NCBI GenBank assembly: GCA_965284145.1
Contig: CBDIRH010000003.1
Coordinates: 569,502-633,501 of the forward strand
Length of the DNA: 64,000 bases
Reading direction: 5' to 3'
Source: Phreatobacter sp.
GTDB taxonomy: Bacteria; Pseudomonadota; Alphaproteobacteria; Rhizobiales; Phreatobacteraceae
The position numbers were made by a program, and so were the translations under genes. Below the pieces are notes generated by a model. That model ran no database searches. It was not told the DNA's origin and was given only the letters and a program-made list of their open reading frames with translations. Of this stretch, positions 44,207-56,677 are shown piece by piece. Numbering within the stretch: position 1 is the first letter of the stretch; every line of letters starts with the position of its first letter.

Positions 44207-44302
44207 GGCGCGCTCGGATTGCAATACGGTCGTGATGGGGACCCTGGCGGGGATGAAGCCCGGTGCCAGGGGCACCGGGCTTCGATCGGCGAAGCCGATC
44301 CG

Positions 44303-45938
<1,636 letters not shown>

Positions 45939-45998
45939 GTTGGCTTCGATCCTCTGACAGGTATCGTAACTCGCGGCATGCTTGCCGCGTCGAGCGCG

Positions 45999-46938
45999 CT
46001 ACCGGCGGTGTCGTTGGCGGCGACTGGTCGTCGACCGTCTGCGGTGCCGGGCGAGCTTGCGTCTTGCGCTGCCTCGACCCAGGTCGGCGAACGGCCTGTT
46101 CGGACACGACGCGGACGGCGATCGGCATGAAGGCGTGATCCTTGCCGCAAAGCTCGCGAACACTGGCCGTAGATAGATGCCCTCGCGCGTGGCGCTTGAA
46201 CCAGGTCTCGTTGAGTGCGACCCGGAACGGCGTCGATCTTGATGCCGAAGGACGGCATCGCGAAGGCGTGCATCACGTCGGTGGCGGTGACCTGAACACG
46301 CGGATGACCGTGTTCACCGGCACGACCACCTCGTTGTCGACGGCCAGCAGACGCGGAACCTCGCTCGCGGGAGCGCCAGCCTGGATGCGCTGCTGACGCT
46401 CGGCGTCCGTCTGCATGCTGGAGACGAAGTTGAAGTTGCCGTGGTCGGGATAGTCGTAGGACCAGCGCCAGCTCTGTCCCGTCGCCTTGATGGTCATGTC
46501 GGCGCGCGGGATGACCTGCTGCTGATAGAGCAGGCGGAACGAGGGGATGGCGATGATGATGAGGATGAGAACCGGGATCACCGTCCAGGCCACTTCAAGC
46601 CCCACATGGTGGGTGGTGGTGGAGGGTGTCGGGTTGCGCTTCTCGGAGAAGCGGATGAGGCAATAGCCGAGAAGGCCGGCGACGAAGATGCAGATCACCG
46701 TGATGATCGGCAGCAGGAAGCCGTCATGGAAGAAGTGGATGAAGTCCATGATCGGCGAGGCCGACTGCTGCAGGCCCATGCCGCGGGGAGCCGGCTGGCC
46801 GAGCCCCGGTTGTTGAGCTAGCGCAAGGCCGGGGGCCGCGACCACCGCCATAAGGAGTGCCATAATGCCCGACATGCGCGCGCCCGGAGCGTTTCCGCTC
46901 CGTCCCGCGGACGTGCCGTTCAGCATCGCCATACCCAT
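45999..46938 (-). CDS. ctaC: Cytochrome c oxidase subunit II (3' frameshifts)
   Basis: [32 protein letters not shown] and YGQCS...HAFMPI. Both ends approximate. Confidence 0.92.
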
Positions 46939-47419
46939 GTTCATCCGCTCCATGCCAGGGACCGAAGATTGCTGGACTTCGATCCTGTGTCGTTCGCCGC
47001 TTGCGGCTTCGGCGGATCGGGGATCTCGCGCCGGAACCTCAGTGGTCCTCACCATACGATCGGGGACGCATCCTTGATCAGTGCGTCGCGCAGGCGATCG
47101 GGACGGAGAACCCACCGGCCCCTTGAAACACAAAAACGCCATGCTCGCAATGTCGCCCTTAGAGCCATTCAAGACGACGTTGCCGTGGCGCCACTGACCG
47201 CATGTCAGCCCTGCGAAGGCCGCTGAAAAATCTCGACGGGGCATGCCGGGAGCGGTGCCGTCGGCCCCGGGATAGCCTGCGGTGGACGCATAATCTTGAC
47301 ACCATTGCAGGGGAATGGTCCCTCGCAACGTCGTCGGCCGACCGCCGGCCGTGCGACGATTCGCTCGCGGACCCCGTGTGGCCCGGCGCGATGGACAGCC
47401 CTCACCTGGAGCCCCACGG

Positions 47420-47980
47420 ATGACCCAGCGGACGTCTCAGCCGAATTCCGGGCCCGCGCCTCGCGGACGCGGCCTGCGTGGCGCGCTCGCCGTCGCAGTT
47501 CTGGTCTGCGCCGCGTTGCTGACCCTTGCCGGCACGGGCGGCGCAAAGGCCCAGGGCGCCATACGCGCCCAGCACGGCGACTGGCAGGTTCGCTGCGACA
47601 CGCCTCCCGGCGCCCGCGCCGAGCAGTGCGCGCTCTGGCAGCACGTGACCGCCGAGGATCGTCCCAATGTCGGTCTCGTGGTGGTGGTGCTGAAGACCGC
47701 CGACCGGCGCAACCGGCTGATGCGGGTTCTGGCCCCCCTCGGCGTGCTGTTGCCGTCGGGCCTCGGTCTCACCATCGACGGCAACAATGTCGGCCGCGTC
47801 CAGTTCGAGCGCTGCCTGCCCTCAGGCTGCGAGGCCCTGGTGGTGATGGACGACAAGCTGCTCGAGCAGATGAGCACCGGTCAGTCGGCCACCTTCATCA
47901 TCTTCCAGACGCCGGAGGAGGGAATCGGCGTGCCGGTGTCGCTCAACGGCTTCAAGCCGGGTTTCGACGCCCTTCCCTGA
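47420..47980 (+). CDS. Invasion associated locus B (IalB) family protein
   Basis: Signal peptide; HGDWQVRC, CALWQ, PLGVLLPSG, CLPSGC and SLNGF; divergent from coxB, as is usual in Rhizobiales. Confidence 0.88.
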   Translation: MTQRTSQPNSGPAPRGRGLRGALAVAVLVCAALLTLAGTGGAKAQGAIRAQHGDWQVRCDTPPGARAEQCALWQHVTAEDRPNVGLVVVVLKTADRRNRLMRVLAPLGVLLPSGLGLTIDGNNVGRVQFERCLPSGCEALVVMDDKLLEQMSTGQSATFIIFQTPEEGIGVPVSLNGFKPGFDALP

Positions 47981-48067
47981 CGGCCCGGCGGTCCGGCGGG
48001 CTCGCGCATTGCCGCGGCACGCACTAGATAGCTGACATCATTCCCGCCCTTCCGTGCCGGAGCCCTC

Positions 48068-49520
48068 ATGGCCGACCTGTCCCTGCTCGCCCGTGCCGAT
48101 CTCGATCCGTCGGTCGCCCGCGCCATTCTCCGGGACGCGCTGTCAGGCGCCGACGACGGCGAGCTGTTCCTCGAATACGAGCAGAGCGAGAGCGCTGGCT
48201 TTCGACGACGGCAAGCTGAAGCAGTGCGGCGTTCGACACCACCCAGGGCTTCGGCCTGCGCAGCCGTCGCCGGCGAAGCCATCGGGCTATCGCCCATGCC
48301 TCGGACGTCTCGACGAGCAGGCGCTGAAGCGCGCCGTCGCCACCGTCAAGGCGGTGCGCTCCGGCAGCTATGCCGGCAAGATGGACGAATCGCCGCGCGG
48401 CACCAACCAGCTGCTCTACGCCGACGACAATCCGATCGACGGCGAGGCGTTCGCCCGCAAGGTGGCGCTGCTGCAGGAGATCGACGCCTATGTGCGCGGC
48501 AAGGAGCCCAAGGCCCGCCAGGTCTCGATCTCGATCGTCGGCATCCTGGCAGGTCGTCGAGATCATCAAGGCCGGCGGCTGGCGCGCCGCCGACGTTCGC
48601 CCGCTGGTCCGGCTGAACGTCTCGCGTGGTCGGCGGCGTACGGGCGACCGGCATGGAGGCCGGCACGCACGGGCTCGGCCGGCGCGCCGCCTATGGCGAC
48701 ATCTTCAAGCCGGAGCTGCTGGCAGCGCGAGGCCGACGAGGCGATCCGCCAGTCGCTGGTCAACCTGCAGTCGGTGCCGGCGCCGGCCGGCGAGATGGCC
48801 GGTGGTGCTGGGCTCCGGCTGGCCGGGCGTCATGCTGCATGAGGCGGTCGGCCACGGGCTGGAAGGCGACTTCAACCGCAAGAAGACAGTCGATGTTCGC
48901 CGAGCATGATGGGCGACATGATCGCCTCGCCCGGCGTCAGCGTCGTTGACGACGGCACCTTGGCCGACCGCCGCGGCTCGCTCACCATCGACGACGAGGG
49001 CACCGCCGACCCAGCGCAACGTGCTGATCGAGGACGGCCGCGCTGGTCGGCCTGCATGCAGGATCGCCAGAACGCCCGCCTGATGGGCGTCAGGCCCGAC
49101 CGGCAACGGCCGGCGCCAGAGCCACGCCCATGCGCCGATGCCGCGCATGACCAACACCTACATGCTGGGCGGCAGCCACAGGACGCCGACGAGATCATCG
49201 GCTCAGCGTGAAGAAAGGCCTGTACTGCCGCCAACTTCGGCGGCGGCCAGGTCGACATCACCTCGGGCAAGTATCGTCTTCGCAGTGCACCGAGGCCTAC
49301 CTGCATCGAGAACGGCAAGTGTCGGTGCGCCGGTCAAGGGCGCCATGCTGATCGGCGCCGGCTCCCGGCCGACATGACGCGGGTGACCATGGTCGGCAAC
49401 GACATGAGCGCTCGACACCGGCATCGGCACCTGCGGCAAGGACGGCACAGTGGCGTGCCCGTAGGCGTCGGCCAGCCGACCCTGAAGATGGAGCGCATCA
49501 CCGTCGGCGGCACGGGCTGA
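48068..49520 (+). CDS. tldD: Metalloprotease TldD (multiple frameshifts)
   Basis: [45 protein letters not shown] and GQPTL...TVGGT. Confidence 0.92.
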
Positions 49521-49611
49521 GCCGGCGGCGGCTCCGGTACGAGTTCGCATGGGTACACAGGCGCCGCGTTCCGGCTAGACTGACCTTTTCCACGCTAGCC
49601 CCCGCGAGCGC

Positions 49612-51459
49612 ATGGCCGACGCCCACTCCCCCACCGCCTTCGTCGTTCCGGCCGTCACACTGCTGGCGGCCGCCGTCGTCGCCGTGCCGCTGTTCCGACG
49701 CGCCCGCCTCGGCTCCATTCTCGGCTATCTCGCCGCGGGCCTCGCGATCGGGCCCTTCGGCCTGAGGCTGATCTCCGACCCCGCTGCCATCCTCCACATC
49801 GCCGAACTCGGCGTGGTGATGTTCCTCTTCATCATCGGCCTGGAGATGCGGCCGGCGCGGCTGTGGAGCCTGCGCAAGCAGATCTTCGGTCTCGGCCTGC
49901 TGCAGGTCGGCGTCTGCGCCGGACTTCTGACGCTGATGGGGCTTGCGGGCGGCTTCCCGCCGGCCGTCTCCTTCGTCGCGGGCGCCGGCTTCGTCATGAC
50001 GTCCACGGCCATCGTCATGCAGACACTGGAGGAGCGGGGCGACCTCAATACGCCGCCGGGGCAGAAGATGGTCTCCATCCTGCTGCTTGAGGATCTCGCC
50101 ATCGTCCCGCTGCTGGCACTGGTGGCCTTCCTCGCCCCGGCCGTGGCCGGCGGGCAGGACGGCAACCTCGCCTCGCGGCTGACGGCCGTCGCCGTCGGCA
50201 TCGGCTCGATCACCGCGCTGATCGTCGCCGGCCGCTATCTCCTCAACCCGCTGTTCCGCTTCCTCGCCTCCTACGGCGCGCGCGAGGTGATGACGGCGGC
50301 CGCCCTGCTCGTGGTCCTCGGATCGGCGCTGGCGCTCCAGACCGGCGGCCTCTCCATGGCCATGGGCGCCTTCCTCGCCGGCGTGCTGCTCTCCGAATCA
50401 ACCTTCCGCCACCAGCTCGAAGCCGACGTCGAGCCGTTCCGCGGCATCCTGCTCGGGCTCTTCTTCATGGCGGTCGGCATGTCGCTCGACCTGTCGGTCG
50501 TCATCGCCAACTGGAAACTCGTCGCCGCCTATGTCGCCGCCTACATGATCGCCAAGGGCATCGGCATCTATGCCGTGGCGCGGCTGCTCCGCTCCGGTCA
50601 TGGCGAGGCGATGGAGCGCACCATCATGATGGCGCAGGGCGGCGAGTTCGCCTTCGTGCTCTACGCGGCCGCGACCAGCGCCGGGCTGATCGACGGCCAG
50701 GCCAATGCCACGCTGACGGCGATCGTCATCATCTCCATGGTGCTGACGCCGCTGGCCCTGATGGGCATGCGTTTCGTCGTTCCCGCCCCTGCTGCGCAAT
50801 CGCTGGACGGGGTCGAGGTCGCGGAAGGCCTGACCGGCGAGGTGCTGATGATCGGCTTCGGCCGCTTCGGACAGGTGGTGTCCCAGGCTCTGCTGGCCGA
50901 ACGCGCCGAGGTGACGATCATCGACAACGACGTGGAGATGATCCAGGCCGCGGGTAATTTCGGCTTTCGTATCTATTATGGCGACGGCACCCGCCTCGAC
51001 GTGCTGCGCGCCGCCGGCGCCGGCAGCGCCCGGCTCATCTGCGTCTGCGTCGACAAGCAGGATGCCGCCGACAAGATCGTGGAGCTCGTGAGATCGGAGT
51101 TTCCGCTCGCCAAGCTCTTCGTCCGGTCATTCGACCGCCAGCACACGCTCGCGCTGCGCAAGGAAGGCGTCGACTACGAATTGCGCGAGGTGCTCGAGAG
51201 CGCCCTGCGCTTCGGGCGCGAGGCGCTCATGGCGCTCGGCATCGACGAGGAAGTCGCACGGCAGACGGTCGCCGACCTGCGCAAGCGCGATGCCGCGCGG
51301 CTCGAACTGCAGATGCACGAGGGCATCCAGGCAGGGGCTCACCTCATGCACCAGCAGCGGATGACGCCGGTGCCGTTGACCGAGCCGGCCCGCAAGGCCC
51401 AGGCGCTCAATCCCGAGGCCGAGGACGTGCTCGGCGACGAGACGAGGTATTCCGGATGA
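49612..51459 (+). CDS. CPA2-family K+/H+ antiporter (KefB/KefC-like)
   Basis: AELGVVMFLFIIGLE, FRHQLEADVEPF, QGGEFAFV, and a KTN domain with GFGRFG and YYGDGTR. Confidence 0.92.
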   Translation: MADAHSPTAFVVPAVTLLAAAVVAVPLFRRARLGSILGYLAAGLAIGPFGLRLISDPAAILHIAELGVVMFLFIIGLEMRPARLWSLRKQIFGLGLLQVGVCAGLLTLMGLAGGFPPAVSFVAGAGFVMTSTAIVMQTLEERGDLNTPPGQKMVSILLLEDLAIVPLLALVAFLAPAVAGGQDGNLASRLTAVAVGIGSITALIVAGRYLLNPLFRFLASYGAREVMTAAALLVVLGSALALQTGGLSMAMGAFLAGVLLSESTFRHQLEADVEPFRGILLGLFFMAVGMSLDLSVVIANWKLVAAYVAAYMIAKGIGIYAVARLLRSGHGEAMERTIMMAQGGEFAFVLYAAATSAGLIDGQANATLTAIVIISMVLTPLALMGMRFVVPAPAAQSLDGVEVAEGLTGEVLMIGFGRFGQVVSQALLAERAEVTIIDNDVEMIQAAGNFGFRIYYGDGTRLDVLRAAGAGSARLICVCVDKQDAADKIVELVRSEFPLAKLFVRSFDRQHTLALRKEGVDYELREVLESALRFGREALMALGIDEEVARQTVADLRKRDAARLELQMHEGIQAGAHLMHQQRMTPVPLTEPARKAQALNPEAEDVLGDETRYSG

Positions 51460-52904
51460 GCGGAGCCTCCGGGGTGCGGAGCCAGGTGCCGGGCAAGTTC
51501 ACGCAGGGCCCGACGATGCGCCATGTCATCGTCATGACCCTGACCGGCTCGGTCGGTCTGATGGCGGTGTTCCTTGTCGACCTTCTCAACCTCTTCTACA
51601 TCGCCCAGCTCGGCGAACAGGAACTGGCCGCCGCCATCGGTTACGCCGGCACGGTGCTGTTCTTCCTGACATCCTTCGCCATCGGCGTCTCGATCGCCGG
51701 GACGGCGTTGGTGTCCCGCGCGCTCGGCGCCGGCGACCGCGAGAAGGCCCGGCGCCTCGCCACATCAAGCCTCTTCGTCATGGCTGTCGCCATGGTCGTG
51801 CTGGCGGCTGCGATGCTGCCATGGTCGGGGCGCATCCTCTCGTCCATCGGTGCGACCGGTCGCACCCTGGCCATCGCTGACCGCTTTCTCTGGATGGTGG
51901 TGCCCTCCACCGTCTTCCTCGGCCTCGGCATGATGTACTCGGCGATCCTCAGGGCCGTCGGCGATGCCAAGCGGGCGATGTGGGTGACGTTGATGGGCGG
52001 CATCGTGACCGCCATCCTCGACCCGGTCTTCATTTTCGCCCTTGGCCTCGGGGTCGATGGTGCGGCGGTCACCTCGATCATCTCGCGCATCGCCATGGCG
52101 TTGATCGGGATGCGGGGCGTGACGCTGGTGCATCGTCTGACCGCGCCACCGCGGATTGCGGCGGTCCTCGGCGACGTGAAGCCGATTGCCGCCATTGCTG
52201 TCCCGGCTGTCCTCACCAACATCGCGACGCCCTTCGGCAATGGCATCGTCACGGCGATGATCGCCCGCTACGGCGACGGCGCCGTGGCCGGATGGGCGGT
52301 TCTCGGCCGGCTGGTGCCGGTCGCCTTTGGCGCCTTCTTCGCGCTGTCCGGCTCGATAGGGCCTATCATGGGGCAGAACGTCGGCGCACGGCTCTATCCG
52401 CGCGTCAGGCAGGCTCTGGCGGATGCGCTGGTCTTCCTCAGCCTTTACGGGATCGCCGTCTGGCTGATCCTCCTCCTCCTCTCCGATCACATCGTCCGCC
52501 TGTTCGACGCCACCGGCATGGCCGCGGCCGTCATCACGTTCTTCTGCGTCTATGCCTCGCTTGCCTGGGCCTTCAATGGTGCCGTCTTCGTCGGCAATGC
52601 CGCCTTCAACAACCTCGGCTACCCGACCTATTCCACCGCGCTCAACTGGGCGCGCGCCACGCTCGGCACCATACCCTTCGCCCTTGCCGGCGCCTGGATC
52701 GCCGGCCCCGACCATGGCGCCGAGGGCATCATCGCCGGCCAGGCCGCAGGCGGGATCCTCTTCGGAATCCTGTCGATCGCCATCTGCTTCCGGGTCATCG
52801 ACGGAATGGCGGGCCGCCCGCCGTCGGAGCCGCCCGTGCCGGGCGGACCCGCCAGCGGCATGTCGCCTTTCACCTCCGGCAAGGGGGCGACGGCCGGCTC
52901 GTGA
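51456..52904 (+). CDS. MATE family efflux transporter
   Basis: About 12 TMs; LRAVGD, LDPVFIF, GVDGAA and GQNVGA; ATGA overlap with the kef gene. Confidence 0.9.
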   Translation: MSGASGVRSQVPGKFTQGPTMRHVIVMTLTGSVGLMAVFLVDLLNLFYIAQLGEQELAAAIGYAGTVLFFLTSFAIGVSIAGTALVSRALGAGDREKARRLATSSLFVMAVAMVVLAAAMLPWSGRILSSIGATGRTLAIADRFLWMVVPSTVFLGLGMMYSAILRAVGDAKRAMWVTLMGGIVTAILDPVFIFALGLGVDGAAVTSIISRIAMALIGMRGVTLVHRLTAPPRIAAVLGDVKPIAAIAVPAVLTNIATPFGNGIVTAMIARYGDGAVAGWAVLGRLVPVAFGAFFALSGSIGPIMGQNVGARLYPRVRQALADALVFLSLYGIAVWLILLLLSDHIVRLFDATGMAAAVITFFCVYASLAWAFNGAVFVGNAAFNNLGYPTYSTALNWARATLGTIPFALAGAWIAGPDHGAEGIIAGQAAGGILFGILSIAICFRVIDGMAGRPPSEPPVPGGPASGMSPFTSGKGATAGS

Positions 52905-52972
52905 CGCTTGCCGGTCCGCGTGGTTAGATGGCTCCAAGAGGGGCCGGGAATCGACCCTGCGGGAGCCGGATC

Positions 52973-53800
52973 ATGTTCAACCTCGCCGACATCCTTGCCC
53001 AGGCTACTGGCAAGCAGGGCTTCGACGCCTTCGCCACGCAGTTCGGCATGACGCCGCAGCAGGCGAAGACCGCCATGGAGGCCTTGCTTCCGGCCTTTTC
53101 GCTGGGCCTGAACCGCGCCACCCAGTCGCCGACCGACATGGCGAACCTCTTCGGCCTGTTCACCACGGGCAACAACTACGCCCAGATGTTCGAACAGCCG
53201 ATGCAGGCCGGACAGGCGATGATGGATGCCGGACAGCAGGCGCTCACGCGCATCTTTGGGTCGCCCGAACTGACCCAGGCCATCGCCCAGCAGACGGCCG
53301 CAGCCACCGGCATGGGCCAGGAGGTGATGAAGCAGGTCATGCCGGCCATGGCATCGCTCATCATGGGCGGGCTGATGAAAGGCGCGATGAGCGGGCAGAA
53401 TCCGCTCGGCGACATGATCACCGCCATGATCACCCGGATGATGCCGCCGCAGGCCACGGCCGCCGCCGATCCGGTGGGCGGCATGATGGGGATGTTCACC
53501 AACTTCTTCGGGTCGGGCACAGCCCAGAAGCCTGCCGCGGCTCCCGGTTTCCCCGGCCTCGACCAGTTGATGGAGCTCGGGCGGCAGATGCAGGCCGCCA
53601 ATCCCCTGCTCGCAGCCTCGATGAACCCGCAGCCCTCGACCGCCGAGGCCTCGGGCGAGCGCACCCTCGGCCAGCAGGCGGCCGACACCTGGACCGCCAC
53701 CATGGGGCGGATGTTCGAGACAGGCCGCGAGATGCAGGACCAGCAGTTGGCCCAGCTCGGGACGCTGTTCGCCCAGTTCGGCAAGAAGCCGGTCGCCTGA
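52973..53800 (+). CDS. DUF937 family protein
   Basis: QFGMTPQQ...AMEALLPAF, GQQALTRIFGS and AAATG...MPAMASLIMGGL; rich in Met and Gln. Confidence 0.75.
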   Translation: MFNLADILAQATGKQGFDAFATQFGMTPQQAKTAMEALLPAFSLGLNRATQSPTDMANLFGLFTTGNNYAQMFEQPMQAGQAMMDAGQQALTRIFGSPELTQAIAQQTAAATGMGQEVMKQVMPAMASLIMGGLMKGAMSGQNPLGDMITAMITRMMPPQATAAADPVGGMMGMFTNFFGSGTAQKPAAAPGFPGLDQLMELGRQMQAANPLLAASMNPQPSTAEASGERTLGQQAADTWTATMGRMFETGREMQDQQLAQLGTLFAQFGKKPVA

Positions 53801-53900
53801 CCCCGGCGTCATACATGGACGAAGTTTAACTCGGTCGGCGCACCGCCTTGGCGTAGATTCTCCTCATCGGATCGGGGCGAACCCACGAGGAGACTTCACC

Positions 53901-54538
53901 ATGAAGAAGATGATCATTGCCGCCGGCGTCGTGACCACGATGGCGCTCGCCGCCGCCGCCATGGCACAGCCTGCTCCCGGTGGCCCGCGCGGCCCCGGCG
54001 GTGTCGCCCAACTGACCCCGGCCGGATGATGCAGATGTCGCCGGAGGATCGCGCCGCCATGACGGATGCGCGGATCGCTGCGCTGAAGGCCATGCTGCGC
54101 CTCACCCCCGACCAGGAAAAGCACTGGCCGGCCATGGAGACCGCCCTGCGCGAGGCCTCGGCCCAGCGGATGCAGCGCATGACCGAGCGGATGCAGCGCT
54201 GGAGCGAGATGCGACAGAACCGCGACGCCGCCCGGCCCGACCCGGTGCAGCGCCTGCGCACGGCCGCTGATCGCATGGCGGAGAATGCTGCCACCATGCG
54301 CAAGCTCGCCGATGCGGCAGGCCCGCTCTATGCCTCCCTCGACGAGGCCCAGAAGCGCCGCCTGGACCGCATGTGGCGCGGCCGCGGCATGATGATGGGC
54401 GGTGGCATGGGTGGACGCGGCATGGGCGGCGAAGGCTGGGGCGGCCATGGCCGCGGCGGCTGGGGTGGACATGGCGGCGGCTGGGAGCGTTTCGACGGCC
54501 CGCGTCGCGGTCCCGGCGGCGAGGGTGGCCGCCTCTGA
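53901..54538 (+). CDS. Spy/CpxP-family (LTXXQ) periplasmic chaperone (frameshift near 54015)
   Basis: GAGGAG SD and signal peptide MKKMIIAAG...AMA from 53901. The second frame carries RIAALK, LTPDQ..W and PLYASLDEAQK. Confidence 0.85.
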
Positions 54539-54564
54539 CGCTCCCTTGACCATCGACGATTTCG

Positions 54565-54595
54565 ACGGGCCCGCTCATGCGGGCCCGTTCCGTTT
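54565..54595 (+). terminator. Putative terminator
   Basis: ACGGGCCCGC-tcat-GCGGGCCCGT-TCCGTTT. Confidence 0.6.
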
Positions 54596-54702
54596 CGGGA
54601 CGTCCGCAGCGCAGTTTGGAAAGAGAGCGGAAACCCCGCGTTTACCCTGATCGTCGACAGTGTCGTCGTTGCATTTCGGTCCGCGTGAGGGGTCGCCCGG
54701 CC

Positions 54703-56142
54703 ATGAAGCCTTTCCTGGGCCCAGAAGAGCCCGCGACTATGCCTGCCGCGCGTCGGGTCCTGGTCATTGATCCCGATCCGGTTGCCCGCCGACTGACGGG
54801 ACAGGCCCTCGCCGCCATCGCCACCTGCATCGATAGGGCAGACATGGACACCGCCCTCGATGTCCTCGATCGCGGTGACCCGGACCTCATTATCCTCTGT
54901 CTGGACGAGGGGGCGGCAACCTCGCCAGATGCGATCGAGACCCTGCGCTTCGCCGGCTACGAGGGGCCGATTCTGGCGACCAGCGCCCGCATCTCGCTCG
55001 CCACGGCCGTCGAGGCCATGCGCTGCGGGGCGAGCGACGTCGCCGGAAAGCCCCTGTCCGCCTCTGACCTTGTTCGCCGCACGGAGAAACTCCTCGAGCG
55101 CGAACGTCCCGCGACCCGCCCGATGGACGTATCCCGCCGCGAGTCCACCGACTTCGAGGGCTTCGTCGGAGCGTCGCCGGCGATGCGTGACATCTACGAG
55201 CAGATCCGCCGGATCGCCCCTTCGAAGGCGCCCGTCTTCGTCACAGGCGAAAGTGGCACCGGCAAGGAAGTGACCGCCCAGGCCATCCACACGCGCTCCG
55301 GACGGCCATCCGAACGGTTCATCGCGCTGAACTGCGGCGCGATCCCGAAGGACCTCATCGAGAGCGAGATCTTCGGCCATGTGAAAGGCGCCTTCACTGG
55401 CGCGACGGAGGACCGGACCGGTGCGGCGGAACTGGCCGACGGCGGCACGCTCTTCCTTGACGAGATCTGCGAGATGGACCTGGCGCTGCAGACGAAATTG
55501 CTGCGCTTCATCCAGACCGGCGAGGTCAGGCGCGTCGGCGACACCCGCGTCCGCCGCGTCGATGTCCGCTTCGTCTGCGCCACCAACCGCGATCCGCTGG
55601 CCGATGTCGCGGCGGGCCGGTTCCGCGAGGACCTCTACTACCGGCTCTGCGTGCTCCCCGTCCATCTGCCGCCGCTGCGCCGGCGTGGCGATGACGTGCT
55701 GGCGCTGGCGGAGGCGTTCCTCGCCCGCTTCTCGGCCGAGGAGGGCGCCACTTCGCGCGGCTTCGACGCGGCGGCGGCGCGGATCGTCTCCGAGTTCCAC
55801 TGGCCGGGGAATGTCCGGCAGCTGCAGAACGTCATCCGCAGGCTCGTCGTCATGCATGACGGCGACAGCGTCACCGCTCCGATGCTGCCGCTGGCGCTCG
55901 CCCACGGGTCGCAGGGTATCAGGGCCGTTGCAGCAGGCGATGCGGCGGTCAGGCCCCAGCCCCTCGCGTCCCGCCCCGTGGTCGAGCCGTTCTGGCAACA
56001 GGAGAGGCGGATCATCGAGGAGGCCCTGGCGGCCTTCGATGGCAACCTCTCACGTGCGGCAGCAGCCCTCGAGATCAGCCCCTCGACCATCTACCGCAAG
56101 CGCGAGGCCTGGGCCCGGGATGGACTGCTGCAGACCGGCTGA
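54703..56142 (+). CDS. Sigma-54-dependent activator, LuxO-like, with degenerate receiver domain
   Basis: [42 protein letters not shown] and [12 protein letters not shown]. Confidence 0.92.
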   Translation: MKPFLGPEEPATMPAARRVLVIDPDPVARRLTGQALAAIATCIDRADMDTALDVLDRGDPDLIILCLDEGAATSPDAIETLRFAGYEGPILATSARISLATAVEAMRCGASDVAGKPLSASDLVRRTEKLLERERPATRPMDVSRRESTDFEGFVGASPAMRDIYEQIRRIAPSKAPVFVTGESGTGKEVTAQAIHTRSGRPSERFIALNCGAIPKDLIESEIFGHVKGAFTGATEDRTGAAELADGGTLFLDEICEMDLALQTKLLRFIQTGEVRRVGDTRVRRVDVRFVCATNRDPLADVAAGRFREDLYYRLCVLPVHLPPLRRRGDDVLALAEAFLARFSAEEGATSRGFDAAAARIVSEFHWPGNVRQLQNVIRRLVVMHDGDSVTAPMLPLALAHGSQGIRAVAAGDAAVRPQPLASRPVVEPFWQQERRIIEEALAAFDGNLSRAAAALEISPSTIYRKREAWARDGLLQTG

Positions 56143-56191
56143 GCTTGGCCGGACGCTTGAAGCGGCCATCCGACCCGCCTAAACGGGAAGG

Positions 56192-56671
56192 ATGATCGGG
56201 TTCGTTCAACCGAAGGCAGCGGCGCTGTCGCTCGCCATCCTCTTCGCAGCCACAAGCCTCGCCGAGGCGCAGCGCCGACGGGAGCCGCCACGTCCGCGTC
56301 AGCCGACACGTGCCGAGGTGATGCTCTACAACAGCTTTCCCACCGGCGTCAGACTGGCGGTGGTCTCGATCAATGGCCGCCGTCCCGTCGCCACCGATCG
56401 CCCGGCCTTTACCTTCACCTCGGGCCTGCGCATGACCGGCTTCGGCGGATGCAACCCGGTGAGCGCGGACTACCGCCGCAACACCGGTCCGAGCGACATC
56501 CGCTTCGGCCCGCTGAACTTCATCGAGAGGCGCTGCGGCGGCGAGGTGGACCGGCAGGAGCGCGCCATCTTCTGGGCGATCCAGGGCGCGACGCGCTGGC
56601 GTCCCCACGGCGCGCGGGGAATGATCTTCACCGGAGTGCGCGGAACGGTGACGTTCGAGCCGGCATTCTGA
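56192..56671 (+). CDS. META domain (HslJ-like) protein
   Basis: Signal peptide, GFGGCN and FGPL...RC...E. Confidence 0.75.
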   Translation: MIGFVQPKAAALSLAILFAATSLAEAQRRREPPRPRQPTRAEVMLYNSFPTGVRLAVVSINGRRPVATDRPAFTFTSGLRMTGFGGCNPVSADYRRNTGPSDIRFGPLNFIERRCGGEVDRQERAIFWAIQGATRWRPHGARGMIFTGVRGTVTFEPAF

Positions 56672-56677
56672 CGCGCC

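Noticed and set aside
53848-53865. Sigma-54 promoter upstream of the Spy-like gene (TTGGCGTAGATTCTCC)
   Set aside because: The -24 GG is present but the -12 GC is missing. The TGGCAC at 24108 and a minus-strand candidate near 60282-60296 also fail the consensus.
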